Origin: an uncultured virus (IMG/VR IMGVR_UViG_3300044724_006669)
Lineage: Duplodnaviria; Heunggongvirae; Uroviricota; Caudoviricetes
DNA: 64,000 nt
Virus record (IMG/VR): IMGVR_UViG_3300044724_006669
Location: 1 to 64,000 of that record
Direction: 5' to 3' (one strand)
The notes under the pieces were generated by a model that saw nothing but the letters and a program-made list of their open reading frames with translations, was not told the DNA's origin and ran no database searches. Shown here piece by piece: positions 50,401-58,794 of the stretch. The position numbers and the translations under genes are program-made. Within the stretch, counting starts at the first letter, position 1. Every line of letters starts with the position of its first letter.

Positions 50401-53400
50401 CTATTTAGACTGTTCGGAGATGATTTTTCAGAAAATATTTTTAAATAGCTCTTATCACTGAAACCTGCCATTCGATAGCATAAACGTACGTCAAGATTTT
50501 CTAGTTTTGTTTTTACTAAAGCGGTACTATCAACTCCTGTTAATCTATTGTAATCAACTACAAAATTTATGAAACTGTGTTTTGCAGTTCCATTACCATA
50601 AACTTCAACGGTTGAAGCATCAACACGATATCTATCATTGTAAAGGTATTGATTGAAATCTGTGTTGTATTTGTACAAGTCTACATCAGAAAACAAACCA
50701 AAATACTTTGCAGGCATAGTAAGAGCAAGCAATCTCTGAATAGCAAACGGATAATAGCTACTTCTTCTCCAAGCAGTTTGTGTAGGAGCATAATCTCCAG
50801 CCACCCAAGATTTTTTAAAACTGTTTATATCGTAACTTCCAACAATCGAAACCATTGGATCAACTAGATTGCCCTGTGAATCTGTTGGTAAACAATCTAG
50901 TAATTCTGGGCGAACAAATCTTGGTTTAATAACATCACCAGTTGGATAGGTAATTTTACCATCTGCCATGTCTTGCCATAGTACAGTGTTTCCACTGGTG
51001 TAAGGAGCAGGACCATAACGTGTTTCCCACCAGGTTGGTTTTTCACTTAAACCAACCATTTCCCATGGACGAGTATCAGGACTATCTGTGTCGTAGAGAT
51101 TAAAATATATACCACGCCAGAAGCCAAGTAAAGGTTTTCCATCTAGTCTATTTGCACTCTGACTGTAATTCCAAGTAAAACCGTTATCAGCATCGTAGGT
51201 TTGAATTTTGTACGGAACTCTTTGTGCACCAACCCAAGCAAGAAAACTTACATTAAGAATATCGTTTATCTCAGTGAGTGTATAGTCAGTTGTTCTAAAC
51301 TGTCCTGGAATAACATCAACGGCTTGAAGTATAGGATTGTATTTTTCATCAGCTGTAAGTTTGATATTATTATAACATCTTTTTTCAAACTCTAATAGCA
51401 CACTATTTCTGTAATCACCATCTGGAAATGATACTGTGATGCTGCCATCATGTCCTTGTATTACATTTGTTGGTTCCACATAGGTATTGTCAAGGAACTC
51501 CCTTGGCATGTATACTTGGTATAAGCCTAACATGCTCGGAGTTGCAGGCACATAACTTCCATATGTTGTTTTGTATTCTCGTATAATAATCTTATCGCCA
51601 ATTGAAAGTGTAATATCAGAAGAATTAATTGTAATTCTTGGACCATCAGTAGCAACTGTATATTCATGCCCGTCGCCGACTAGTTGTGTCTCTACTCCAG
51701 TTGAAACTGGAATATAATAAACCAATAAACCTTGATAGTTTGCTGATGTAAAGTTATAATTGTAGAGTGTATCAAAAACATATGTTGTGATTGGAGTCAC
51801 AGTGTATGTTGTTTGTTCGTAAACTGTTCCAGTTGGAATCGCATCAGTCCAGTAAAATGATGAAGATGAAGTTTTTCCAGCGTTTATTGCAAGCAGAGTT
51901 TGGTCAAGAATCTCAGCCGCAGTTTTGTTTTCCCAATCGTTGTTTGCAACATAATCAAGTATTTTGTTCTTGGTTTTATTATACTCAGAAGCATTAAATT
52001 CCAATGATCTAAAGTAATCAGTGCTTCTTTCATTTATAAAAGGAGTTGTAAGTGTTAATGGTGCACTTTGTTGTAGAATTAAATCACCGTATGGAATAAT
52101 ATTACCAAGGTCACGTATGTTGTTTGCTCCGTGTATCTTACCTGAGAAGTGTTCAAGGTTTTGACAGATACTTTCATAGTGTGTCCTAAGTGTTCCTAGA
52201 GTAAAAGTAGAACTATTTTCGTTTAGAGCATTTGATTCTAGATTGTCTGGAATAGTATAGAACGCAACACTACTAGGACTATTGCTTATGACCTGCACTT
52301 CTATTACCGATCCTATTGGAGGAACAGTTGCTGGTTGTCCAACCACATTTGCATTGAATGTAATTTCAGTGACCCCTGCACTGTTTGTTGCATAGGTATA
52401 GGTATCAGACAGTATAAATTGTCCTTCAACAAAAACTTTCACTGGTACAATACTTGTATCATTTGACACTTCAACATCAAGAATCAATGAGTTCCCATCA
52501 AATTCAAAACTAAAACTTTGTCGTTGAACATAATTTGTAAAACTTGTTTGCCATCCAAGAAGTTTTATAAAAGTATCAATTGTGTTGTACTGTCTTACTG
52601 TACCAAGAGAAATGTTTGCTGTAGTACCATTATTAGATGAGCCGTAAGTAAACGTATCTGAATAAAAATTATTATCAAATACAATGTCACCAACATTATT
52701 GATGGTTAAATATTTCAAAGGTTGTTCAATAATGGAATCTGTAGTTCCAGTGCCAACGGCATAGCTAAAAATTTTAGTTCCTGCAAAAGTAGTAGAAGGG
52801 TAAACTAAAGTATCGCTTAAACTATAACCACTTGAATCGTAGATATCAAATAATGGTGCCTGGTTTGTATCTGTTTTTTGTTGAGCTTCTGTCCAAGTGA
52901 TGCCATTAAACCAGTAGGATTTTCCTTGTTCAGTTACTCCAGATCTTACAACAACAGTTATATTAGTTGCAATGTCAGGTTCGGTCAAACTTGCAGGTTG
53001 TAAGTCAATTATATCACCTGCTCCAAGATTAATAAATTGTACTGTATAAATTTTATTTACAACTTCGGGATCAACGTCTGCATTGAATATAATTCTTGAA
53101 CCTTCAATTAGGCTATATCCATCTACTGAATATCCAGAGGTTCCATTTATATTACTAAACGCATCAGTTTCGTCAAAATCAATAATATCAACTGGTTGTG
53201 TAGCAAGAGTACCAAAGTTATACAATTTTAGATTTTTAACAAATTCAATAATTGGTCGTTTTGCTCTTGCATCATTATCTAAGGTTAATACTGTATTATT
53301 GTAGTTTGCAGTTGCAGTAAGCACATCAATATGAAACCATCTATTACCTCTACTCCAAGCATTTAGATTAATGCTTGCTCTGTTAATTAAGAGATAATCT

Positions 53401-54941
53401 TGTACAATAGGAGCGTCAGCAGTTGCATCGAATCCACCTTCGTCGAAACTAGTACTATCAAAAGGCACTGTTTCTGACTTTGTATAGGTTTCAGGGGTTA
53501 TTAAGTCGGTAACTTTTACAAATTCAATCGCAGTACCAACACCTTCTACATAGTATTCTACGTTTGCATAACTTGCAGGAACCACATTTCCAATAAATTT
53601 GACTTTCAAGCCATTGGTGAAAACCACACCATTTGGTGATGTATAATTAGGTTCACCGAGGATATCTTCTATGTTTAAGTCTGAGGAATTTATTTGGTCT
53701 ACTACTCTTATTACACCAAAATTTAGTTCATCGCTACCGTCTTGATAGTACAAGATATCAAGATTAGCAGTTATCAGTGGCTGACGTGCAAATACACCTT
53801 CAGCAGTTTTGTACATAGTGCTACCAGAGTATTCTGTGCCATATTCTATCTTTGTTTTGCTTAGATTTGCAATGCTTTGTACTTTTGTAAGTTCCATAAA
53901 CGGACGAAGTGGATCGTCGTAGTTGTAATTTATACGCCATTGGACATACCGATCGGCGTCTGTTGGAATTGCACCTGAATCACTAAATGCAGTTGTATCA
54001 AACCCTTCACTAGAAAATGGTTCTTCATCTTCCCAACCTTGGTCTGTGGTTGTATTGAAAATAAGTGTCCGGTTTTGTAAATCAGTTATGCCATCAATAC
54101 CGCCATGTTCTTCTAAGAAAACATCAACATATCGATTGTTTATTTGATTAAACTGAAGTGTATCTTCGACCAAGTCAGTAGAACCTATGTCAGCAAGATT
54201 AAAGAAAAAATTCTGTGCAGTTTTTGCAGGAACATTAAAAGAAACTGTTCCAACATCATCACCATTGTTGGTTACTCCAAGTACTTCACGAGAACTTTGG
54301 TTGGCTTGTTGTGGTAATACACCACTGGTTCCAGGAACACTTTGTATCCAAAAATTACGTCCACTTGCGTTTACATCAAATGTATAGTTTCCTTCTCTTA
54401 CAAGTGTGATTGTGGGCAGTGTGCCACTATAACCACTAAACTTGTACCCGACTTCGCTGTAGGTTACATCAAAGTTGTCTGCAGTTGGAATAGTATTTGC
54501 AAATACATCAACACTATTTGGACCTGCTGGTATCCAATAATACTGTCCAAAGTTCACAAATTTGTCATAATCAATCATTGGATCGTAGCTATAATGCTCG
54601 CTATTGAATAACCTATCGTGTCTTGTTGTATTTGCTCCTTGCATTTTCAAACTATCAATTATACCTGGATAGGTAATTGCATTATCAACTGTGCTTGTAT
54701 CAGGTTGAAGTTGAACTACCCCTGGTTCCAATTGATAATCTGTTCTGGTTGCAGATGGTTCAAGAATATAGTTGTCACTGGCAGTTACCCCTGGACCAAT
54801 TTTACGTCCTATGTAACCTTCTGTTGGTTTAAGTTTAGGATTTTGTGTAAGCTGATCAAGAGTACTTCTTAGAAGTTGCTTATTAGCTGGTGTTTGAAAG
54901 ATTTCAGGTAAGAAATCCTCTGAGCGAATACGCTTAGCCAT
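41469..54941 (-). CDS. Giant (4490 aa) baseplate wedge/virion protein with FG-GAP propeller repeats
   Basis: Follows gp25-gp6. Repeats such as FGYSVAIS, FGSSVS..LLVGAP, GSGYT..P.I.I.G and FD-x-x-x-FD. Confidence 0.75.
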   Translation of the reverse strand: MAKRIRSEDFLPEIFQTPANKQLLRSTLDQLTQNPKLKPTEGYIGRKIGPGVTASDNYILEPSATRTDYQLEPGVVQLQPDTSTVDNAITYPGIIDSLKMQGANTTRHDRLFNSEHYSYDPMIDYDKFVNFGQYYWIPAGPNSVDVFANTIPTADNFDVTYSEVGYKFSGYSGTLPTITLVREGNYTFDVNASGRNFWIQSVPGTSGVLPQQANQSSREVLGVTNNGDDVGTVSFNVPAKTAQNFFFNLADIGSTDLVEDTLQFNQINNRYVDVFLEEHGGIDGITDLQNRTLIFNTTTDQGWEDEEPFSSEGFDTTAFSDSGAIPTDADRYVQWRINYNYDDPLRPFMELTKVQSIANLSKTKIEYGTEYSGSTMYKTAEGVFARQPLITANLDILYYQDGSDELNFGVIRVVDQINSSDLNIEDILGEPNYTSPNGVVFTNGLKVKFIGNVVPASYANVEYYVEGVGTAIEFVKVTDLITPETYTKSETVPFDSTSFDEGGFDATADAPIVQDYLLINRASINLNAWSRGNRWFHIDVLTATANYNNTVLTLDNDARAKRPIIEFVKNLKLYNFGTLATQPVDIIDFDETDAFSNINGTSGYSVDGYSLIEGSRIIFNADVDPEVVNKIYTVQFINLGAGDIIDLQPASLTEPDIATNITVVVRSGVTEQGKSYWFNGITWTEAQQKTDTNQAPLFDIYDSSGYSLSDTLVYPSTTFAGTKIFSYAVGTGTTDSIIEQPLKYLTINNVGDIVFDNNFYSDTFTYGSSNNGTTANISLGTVRQYNTIDTFIKLLGWQTSFTNYVQRQSFSFEFDGNSLILDVEVSNDTSIVPVKVFVEGQFILSDTYTYATNSAGVTEITFNANVVGQPATVPPIGSVIEVQVISNSPSSVAFYTIPDNLESNALNENSSTFTLGTLRTHYESICQNLEHFSGKIHGANNIRDLGNIIPYGDLILQQSAPLTLTTPFINERSTDYFRSLEFNASEYNKTKNKILDYVANNDWENKTAAEILDQTLLAINAGKTSSSSFYWTDAIPTGTVYEQTTYTVTPITTYVFDTLYNYNFTSANYQGLLVYYIPVSTGVETQLVGDGHEYTVATDGPRITINSSDITLSIGDKIIIREYKTTYGSYVPATPSMLGLYQVYMPREFLDNTYVEPTNVIQGHDGSITVSFPDGDYRNSVLLEFEKRCYNNIKLTADEKYNPILQAVDVIPGQFRTTDYTLTEINDILNVSFLAWVGAQRVPYKIQTYDADNGFTWNYSQSANRLDGKPLLGFWRGIYFNLYDTDSPDTRPWEMVGLSEKPTWWETRYGPAPYTSGNTVLWQDMADGKITYPTGDVIKPRFVRPELLDCLPTDSQGNLVDPMVSIVGSYDINSFKKSWVAGDYAPTQTAWRRSSYYPFAIQRLLALTMPAKYFGLFSDVDLYKYNTDFNQYLYNDRYRVDASTVEVYGNGTAKHSFINFVVDYNRLTGVDSTALVKTKLENLDVRLCYRMAGFSDKSYLKIFSEKSSPNSLNSSLLLPDESYQLFLYKNPSFSEVQFSSVIVQRTNTGWTVAGYSTTKPYFNILKSTAAGTFSTFTVNGNTFRVPQTFTNQVTQVPYGYEFSSSSSVVDFLVSYGELLKQQGMSFDSTENEVIVNWTQMAQEFIYWVGQSWTVGSVINLNPAANILKLEKDFSVVESLASENLNDVILNQNFRPLLSDDYAVERLDNELKLIGLNNNTFSFLQGRFTSYEHIIVFDNISIFNDLIYQPVTGARQNRLLVNGYTVYDWNGTLDAQGFILNQDNIKSWEPNVGYTKGQIVEYKNSYWSATTILSPSQTFVFADWIKSDYARIQTGLLPNLATKADELQDNYNIHTANLESDSTLLGLGLIGFRPRQYMQNLNLDDISQAGLYSQFLGTKGTIRAAEQFKSANLGKEEAEYEIRENWAIQRAIYGANANRSYFELQLEESKLLSNPSTIAVVAPDTISTAEQTVLIDDIYKSSYKISTTDILPTINGIPDNVGLPSAGYVNYDDVDIKVFDFDDLTTVINNLTTIVVGTNIWVAKANTFDWNIYRVNLVNSTLSTVIDNLNGTCTFTFTSNHGLSVGQRLIIKFFNSAVDGAYIIQTVPGLKTLTVNLSLPDDVTTITNGNGRAFTLESVRVAQPSDIAGLSFSTSLVATNQVWVDNNGNDNWTVLQKQNPFSTTGEIQAETPVINDLLGTSLAQGLNNDGLIIGATGYASGIGGVYAYNKLEDGSTINGSTYAQQTILSPDASLLFTGFGFSTDVGDTEWAIVGAPDSDSNKGYASAIVRNSSNATYSFYQHFNTGTNDADKFGYSVAISDDERWMYISAPADNKIYAYNKVNVQTQSLTFTGDGTTLSFVIEPTIQVDASDGTAQTQIKVTRNTLEQTAGVDYTVLTSNDIQSVIFTTAPNLDDVIVISRRESQSFNPTVLTTNFSFTTLFTASDIYSMTVVQDSVLLRPFFDYTVVGSDIVLTSGISSGTLTINAKTHWDFVNSFTASGLGASDQFGYSVSTTTDGRQILIGTPDATIETNTFAGESYIVDRSVERFQVTNAATVSYTTSIVPTVPVTVKLNGTFLIPTGNANNAQFSVAGSVITIGTTLNPVTLSVGDIIEIETNSFTTLQNFNSALNGENYYFGRAVDMCSTNCSAYISMPHDSAVAVEQGSVERWINQSRLFGTITGTVSNPVLSAADSIRINNYYVTLTGTTVESLVTDITNANIPNIVGATVNGALQITLVDIEAGEQFIKLEVAPGTGTAFSDLGLKPWVYAQTIVPPVAQAYGHFGTSINISDDALTLSVGAPDATAFLSTTFDNSTTDFDSGSTNVVDPMPESGVAYTYDFLNSASPSATNSGKFVYGQQIYDMSITSLDKFGSSVSYVDGILLVGAPNDDLGDSSGNFGRVTQFTNADNEPSWKARYTEAPVVDSALLNSVFIYNKVSNSITRYLDFIDPLQGRILGAANANIDYTGGIDPALYNTGTVNNFGSMWREEHLGEIWWDLSTVRFIDYNQDDIQFRARRWGQLFDGSSVDIYQWTENRVPPANYSGPGTVYTTDSYTTITYLDSAGTFVTKYFYWIKGLTAISPNKTLSSSGIEQYISNPRASGISYAAAIAKNEITLFNSRNLISADDSILHVEFDKIANDDNVHSEYDIITDADKNSFLGTQLYRKYLDSFCGADTSGNAVPDTTLSLANRYGVSFRPRQSMFVDRFLALKNYMTRANAIMKLYTISESKSFTLLNSEEPEPTLASGLWNKRVLTYAELTYQDLAQVAIGYQYLVASDVNNEGLWSIYTVQSDQTLLLTRVQSYKTNLYWSYVDWFGINADGSFYNSDNTSSYEVAVYSNLLALNNVQNGEWATVTANSNGKTEVYQYSTTSGEWTRVYLEDGTIEIDATIWDYTIENPIAGEEPITETRQILQALNTEIFVGDLLVRRNELLILMFEFIMSTLAAPNWLFKTSLIDINHKIRDLIEYPIFRRDNQDFVEDYIKEVKPYHVQIREFNLRYEGEDTYNGSVTDFDLPAYYDNTLQQFVSPILDDSTNPESKSAVPSTSSLWTTFPWSQWYQNYLLVVSTATVVNGGSGYTVAPQVIVTGDATTQATMTATVNTAGVVTAINVITPGSGYTTTPIITISGGNGSGATAIAVLGTQQVRDFTTTIAYNRITYSSTVIDWTANTAYTAGQLVRYPVPIVGVVNVAEPKIYNVTSNFTSTSEFNPDNYTVVDPDTLDAADRTIGLYNPGPNEPGRELAQVMTGIDYPGVQVDAPDFNQNTGFDIGNYDINPFDNISFGPEGLPTYDDSILDVIYESSFTDTYLGTRATDINVEGGGFIDTYSSHAPEELVPGSEFDTLDIKVFTRPGSDWSNNGHGFEIKSTNSFFEATGVTISFLNLVQHPVNVNVINISTGQVLPPSVIAINWVTKTVVVSASANASVDDVIRVEVYGVGGGSQLYKESFVGSSITNRTQIIPVAFSEINEMLIFLDGSETTDYTFAASGSFATEITFGSQPTSTQWLTIIALGETTPIQYSWSTEVKDYFNYDGSSTQYPLSASLQGTNVANMIVDKDGLRLRPPEGIEYTGDGSSLGPYYLSTTAKTNQALISSADLLVYVDNVRQNVSVNWTLSPWDGSSDRYIEFNTQSLPAAGSRIEIYTTTEADYTIVNTSDINLRVSAAFDTLFDVTTYNDTSQQKILTKVFVGPTTEGAIETNNFALGRLVTDTQRVIVTLNGQYLQPTVDFTISTDGTQLSTLVLDLSLLNASDVLAVTIFTNSVVPNSLNFRIFQDMIGNQKLLRFNKTNTTELAQTVAISDDTIFVNDVSKLGEPNLTQGIFGQLIVGGERITYRSRNTGNNSVSGLRRGTAGTGIYQHEVGETVSDVGAGQQLPARYQEKTTTDKTNVGDGSTRVFETSIVIPTLIDSTEITDAISVIVGGTVLVPETDYSVTEVNVTTTEVTLVTAPADGVEVYFSQVTANVMYAQGASTASNGVALQDQTTPAALFLKD

Positions 54942-54944
54942 ATT

Positions 54945-57900
54945 TTAAACTACTCCACTATTTGGTGCAGTTCTAAGTTGACTGCTAGTCAATGCATCAA
55001 TAATTTCAACGTCATTCACTGTTGCGGCATTCACAAAAATTTCATTTGCTTGAGATCTTATTTCGTATAAATCTCCAAAAGATTTCAAAGGATTTGTCGG
55101 AACAAGTACAACCGTGCTTATTATTGAACCAAGTTGATCGTGTAAATATGAACTTAGCTCTGAAAAGAAAAAGGTATCGCCAAAGTCCCAATTTTCAATT
55201 GTAAAATATTGATTGATAGCATTTACAACCTGACTTTTAATTTCACTTATGCTCACTGTGCTTGTAGCGTTTTTCACACACTTAATAGTTGCTCTAAGTT
55301 CTTCTGGAGCTTTGGTTCCGAACAATGGTTTGAATGTTACACTGTTTAAGATAATATTATCTGAAATCATTTTATATTGATCAAGTGTATTATAGGACGT
55401 AGTTAGTTCGTCGATAGTCGGTTTTGCTGGTTCCTTAACAGAACCAGTAGTGTCTCGAAGATAATTTTGATACGCATTATAATATGCCTGTGTTAAAAGA
55501 TAGATATCAATAATATTAGTTGTACCTGGATCAATACGTCGACTAAGTGGAGCATTGTGTCGATACTGAAAATAAAGATCTTGTCTACCAACATAGGTTT
55601 GATAACCACTAACTTCACTAATAGTTCTAACTCCGTCATAGGCTACAGTAAGTTTATAGAATTTTTCATCTGTGTACGCATAAAAAACCTGCCCATCAGC
55701 ATATTCGCTTTTATCTAGTTCAATTGCATCTTTTGTTGCATAAGTGCCGTTGACTACACCACTTGCAAGTGGTGTATATCTTTCAAGATTATCAAAATCA
55801 ATTGTTTGCTGAAGGTATACCCTTTTGGTAACAGGATTTGTATCTGGTGCAACCAATGTTTCAAAATAATCTGGATTATCTGGAATGCCATCATTGTCTG
55901 AATCTCTATAGCTGACTCTTACTCTAAAGTCATCAATAAAGCCATCTGCTTCAACTGGTTGTCCGATTATGTCCAGTATCTCATCACTATTAAGTGTTGA
56001 ACTTGAGTCAGGTAGGTTGTTTGTTTTTAGTACATTGATAAAATCATTAACAACTTTGCCTGTTTTGGGGTCATAAACTTTTTGTGTACCATCATAGAAA
56101 AAGCGTGTTTCTAAGATACTTGCCCAAAAACGATCCAAGCTTCTAGAGCTTACTGTATAAGTTACACCATCAGTTTGAAAATCAACAAGCCAGCTATTAT
56201 CTAAACCCGTGCCTGACGTATCTTGAGCATATGCTAAACTAAAAGTAATACTGCTATCGATGTTTGTTGATGTAATAATATACCATGTCTGCGTAAGATT
56301 ATCGTAACCCAGCCCAAAATCTCGATAGAGTTCAATATTTTCCCTCATTGTAGTTTCAATAGAGGTAGGCAAATCAGTAATAAAATTTATAATTACCTGT
56401 GTGGGTACTGCACCTGTTGGAATAAAAGTATTTAAAGTTACAGGGCCAGTTCCGTCTGCATTATTTCCAACTCCAAAGTTTGTCCCATCAAGCTCTAAAG
56501 CAGTTACAGTTGCCCATAAAACCATCTTATCGCCGGGTAGTGTTGGTGAACCAACTGCCAGTCTATTTGTTGCAGTAAAATACTGTCCAGCTGGTGGAGT
56601 AAATTTTACCAGTCCACCTTGTGCGATATATTTTTTATTGTCGCTTGCTTGAGGACCTACTGGTGCAGGTGCTCCGTTTGATACAAATTTAAAAAATCCA
56701 GTTGTCTCGCTATTACTAGTGGTGCTTTGATTCCATTCAAGATTTAACGTTGTTAAACTTGGTCGATTGAAGTTCTCGTAATAGAATTCTTGCATTCCTC
56801 TACTTGCTAATAGAGGTTCAACTTGGTTTACAATTACATTGGTAATGTCGTTTGCATCGGCAAAAGTGAATGTAAAGCTGGGTACTTGTGTATTTTCGTA
56901 GATCATGCCATCTGAGGCAAAAACATTTGTGCTTGAATATTTTCCAGTGATATCTACTAAGTCCAGATACCTACTAGTACCAATTGAGCTTCTGTTAACA
57001 GCCTTGGACTTGATTATAGTTGAATAAAGTGTATATGGAAAATTGTTGTAGTCTTCTCCGTTGACCATTCTATCTTGGGTATAATATCTTGCTGGGGCTC
57101 TTTGTTTGATATCGTTTATATTTTCTCTACTGCTTGCATTGCTCACCGGTACAGTTAACGCACAAGTGAAGGTTAGTGTTTCGTTTCGTCCTGTTTTGCT
57201 TACGTAACCTATATTAAAAGTTACATTTTGCATTTCATCTGGATTGATAATATAGTTTAGGCCATTTGAACTTCTAACATAGGTTCTAAATGTTCCTACT
57301 GGTATACTACTAAACACACCATCTCCAAAATTCAAGTCAATTTGATCATTTGTTCTTGATGTAATACTAAAATACCTGCGTTGTTCAGGTGTAAGTTCTT
57401 CAACTGCACCAGTGTAGATATTTTCAACTTTTTCCCATTCTGCAATTATTGAGTTCTGTGCATTAAGTTGGTATAACCAAACATCTTCGTTGTTTATACC
57501 TTCTATGTTGACGTTAACAATTCTGTTGCTGATTCTTTCTCCAAGATTAAATTGTTGATCTTGTAGAGAGCCTTGTTTAAAATAAAAAAAGTAACCAGTG
57601 TTTGCACTAGCATATCCTTGTTTGTCATTTCTATACAGTATGTTTAACGGCCCGCTTGGTGCAGGTGCCGGCTCATACAGGTATGTTTCATTTAATGACG
57701 TTGCATTTACTGCTTCAAATGTCATGTTAGTGCCATTTACAGTCTGACTGAACGGTACAACAGGTAAAAATCCTGCTATTAGATTGAGTGTATATTCTTC
57801 TGTGTCAACTCCCAAAAGTGTTTGACTATTTCCTGGTTTTCCAAAACGCTGACTTCCGCTAAGAGCAGCATTTACAACAACTGTAAATTGTTCTAGCCAA

Positions 57901-58352
57901 TTCGGGTTAGTAGTATCGTTCCAATTTATTGTGATATTGGACAAGTTAACACCAGTAAAGTCAATTACACCTTCAGTGGTGCTTATGCTTTGTACTTTTA
58001 AAAAACCTTGTGCGGCAGTATTACGCTTTGGTGTATAACTAACTAGTTCTGCAAGTCTAGTAACACTGTCTCTTCTTTCAGCAGTATCAATAAAGTTTTC
58101 ACGTGTATTAAGATCATTTCGAAAACTGCCTGCTTGACCCATAAAAGCCATAACATCAAGTATAGCAATAAATTCGCTAGACTCTATGTAATCATTGAAA
58201 CTTTCGGGGTAATACAGTCTTATATAATCAATGAAAGTTTTCCGGAGTGTTTCAAAATCATAACTTTGAAAGTCCGCTTCACGATAGGTTTGATAGATTC
58301 TCTTCCAATCTTCTACACCAAATATACTTGTTTGTCTTGTAGTTTTAGCCAT
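54945..58352 (-). CDS. Baseplate wedge subunit (T4 gp6-like)
   Basis: DFETLR..FI, FNDYIESSE, ENFIDTAERRDSV..LA...Y.P, FGDG.F, E.I.DIK.RAP..Y..Q.R.V..EDY. Confidence 0.88.
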   Translation of the reverse strand: MAKTTRQTSIFGVEDWKRIYQTYREADFQSYDFETLRKTFIDYIRLYYPESFNDYIESSEFIAILDVMAFMGQAGSFRNDLNTRENFIDTAERRDSVTRLAELVSYTPKRNTAAQGFLKVQSISTTEGVIDFTGVNLSNITINWNDTTNPNWLEQFTVVVNAALSGSQRFGKPGNSQTLLGVDTEEYTLNLIAGFLPVVPFSQTVNGTNMTFEAVNATSLNETYLYEPAPAPSGPLNILYRNDKQGYASANTGYFFYFKQGSLQDQQFNLGERISNRIVNVNIEGINNEDVWLYQLNAQNSIIAEWEKVENIYTGAVEELTPEQRRYFSITSRTNDQIDLNFGDGVFSSIPVGTFRTYVRSSNGLNYIINPDEMQNVTFNIGYVSKTGRNETLTFTCALTVPVSNASSRENINDIKQRAPARYYTQDRMVNGEDYNNFPYTLYSTIIKSKAVNRSSIGTSRYLDLVDITGKYSSTNVFASDGMIYENTQVPSFTFTFADANDITNVIVNQVEPLLASRGMQEFYYENFNRPSLTTLNLEWNQSTTSNSETTGFFKFVSNGAPAPVGPQASDNKKYIAQGGLVKFTPPAGQYFTATNRLAVGSPTLPGDKMVLWATVTALELDGTNFGVGNNADGTGPVTLNTFIPTGAVPTQVIINFITDLPTSIETTMRENIELYRDFGLGYDNLTQTWYIITSTNIDSSITFSLAYAQDTSGTGLDNSWLVDFQTDGVTYTVSSRSLDRFWASILETRFFYDGTQKVYDPKTGKVVNDFINVLKTNNLPDSSSTLNSDEILDIIGQPVEADGFIDDFRVRVSYRDSDNDGIPDNPDYFETLVAPDTNPVTKRVYLQQTIDFDNLERYTPLASGVVNGTYATKDAIELDKSEYADGQVFYAYTDEKFYKLTVAYDGVRTISEVSGYQTYVGRQDLYFQYRHNAPLSRRIDPGTTNIIDIYLLTQAYYNAYQNYLRDTTGSVKEPAKPTIDELTTSYNTLDQYKMISDNIILNSVTFKPLFGTKAPEELRATIKCVKNATSTVSISEIKSQVVNAINQYFTIENWDFGDTFFFSELSSYLHDQLGSIISTVVLVPTNPLKSFGDLYEIRSQANEIFVNAATVNDVEIIDALTSSQLRTAPNSGVV

Positions 58353-58384
58353 GTGTGTTTCCTTACATGGTATTTATGAAAATA

Positions 58385-58402
58385 ATAAACTACGTAGTTT
58401 AT
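58385..58402. promoter_or_regulatory. Perfect 18-bp palindrome ATAAACTACGTAGTTTAT, copy 2
   Basis: In the gp25-gp6 intergenic gap, just upstream (on the - strand) of TAAATA 58371-58376. Confidence 0.55.
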
Positions 58403-58783
58403 CTACACGTCTGCGTAAGCGGCTCTCATAGTCTCACTGTTGAAAAATATATTAAGTAGTTCACCTTGTTGGCCACTCACAGTATCAACCTCAAGTTCAA
58501 TAAGTATTCCATTCTCTTGTGGGTAAACATTGATATCTGAGATACTGATTCTTGGATCTTGTGCAACTATGCGTTGTAGTTCTTTGTTAATTGCTTTTGA
58601 AGTTGGAGCTCCTTGAGGTTCGAACAACAAACTCCATATAGTTGTACCAACATTAGGTCTGCCAGGCATTTCTCCTTGTCTGATTGTAAGAGCATTTAAT
58701 AAATCACGCTTGATTAATTCAAAATCTGTGACTGTATAGTTCTTGTACCTTCCAATGGTACTATATCCGATAAATGTTGGCAT
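58403..58783 (-). CDS. Baseplate wedge subunit (T4 gp25-like)
   Basis: LIKRDLLN.L..RQGE...P..GT.IW.LLFEP...DPR. Confidence 0.9.
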   Translation of the reverse strand: MPTFIGYSTIGRYKNYTVTDFELIKRDLLNALTIRQGEMPGRPNVGTTIWSLLFEPQGAPTSKAINKELQRIVAQDPRISISDINVYPQENGILIELEVDTVSGQQGELLNIFFNSETMRAAYADV

Positions 58784-58787
58784 GATG

Positions 58788-58793
58788 TATTTA
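58788..58793 (-). promoter_or_regulatory. Late-type promoter TAAATA
   Basis: AGGTAAATACATC-ATG, same geometry as at 41449. Confidence 0.55.
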
Positions 58794-58794
58794 C

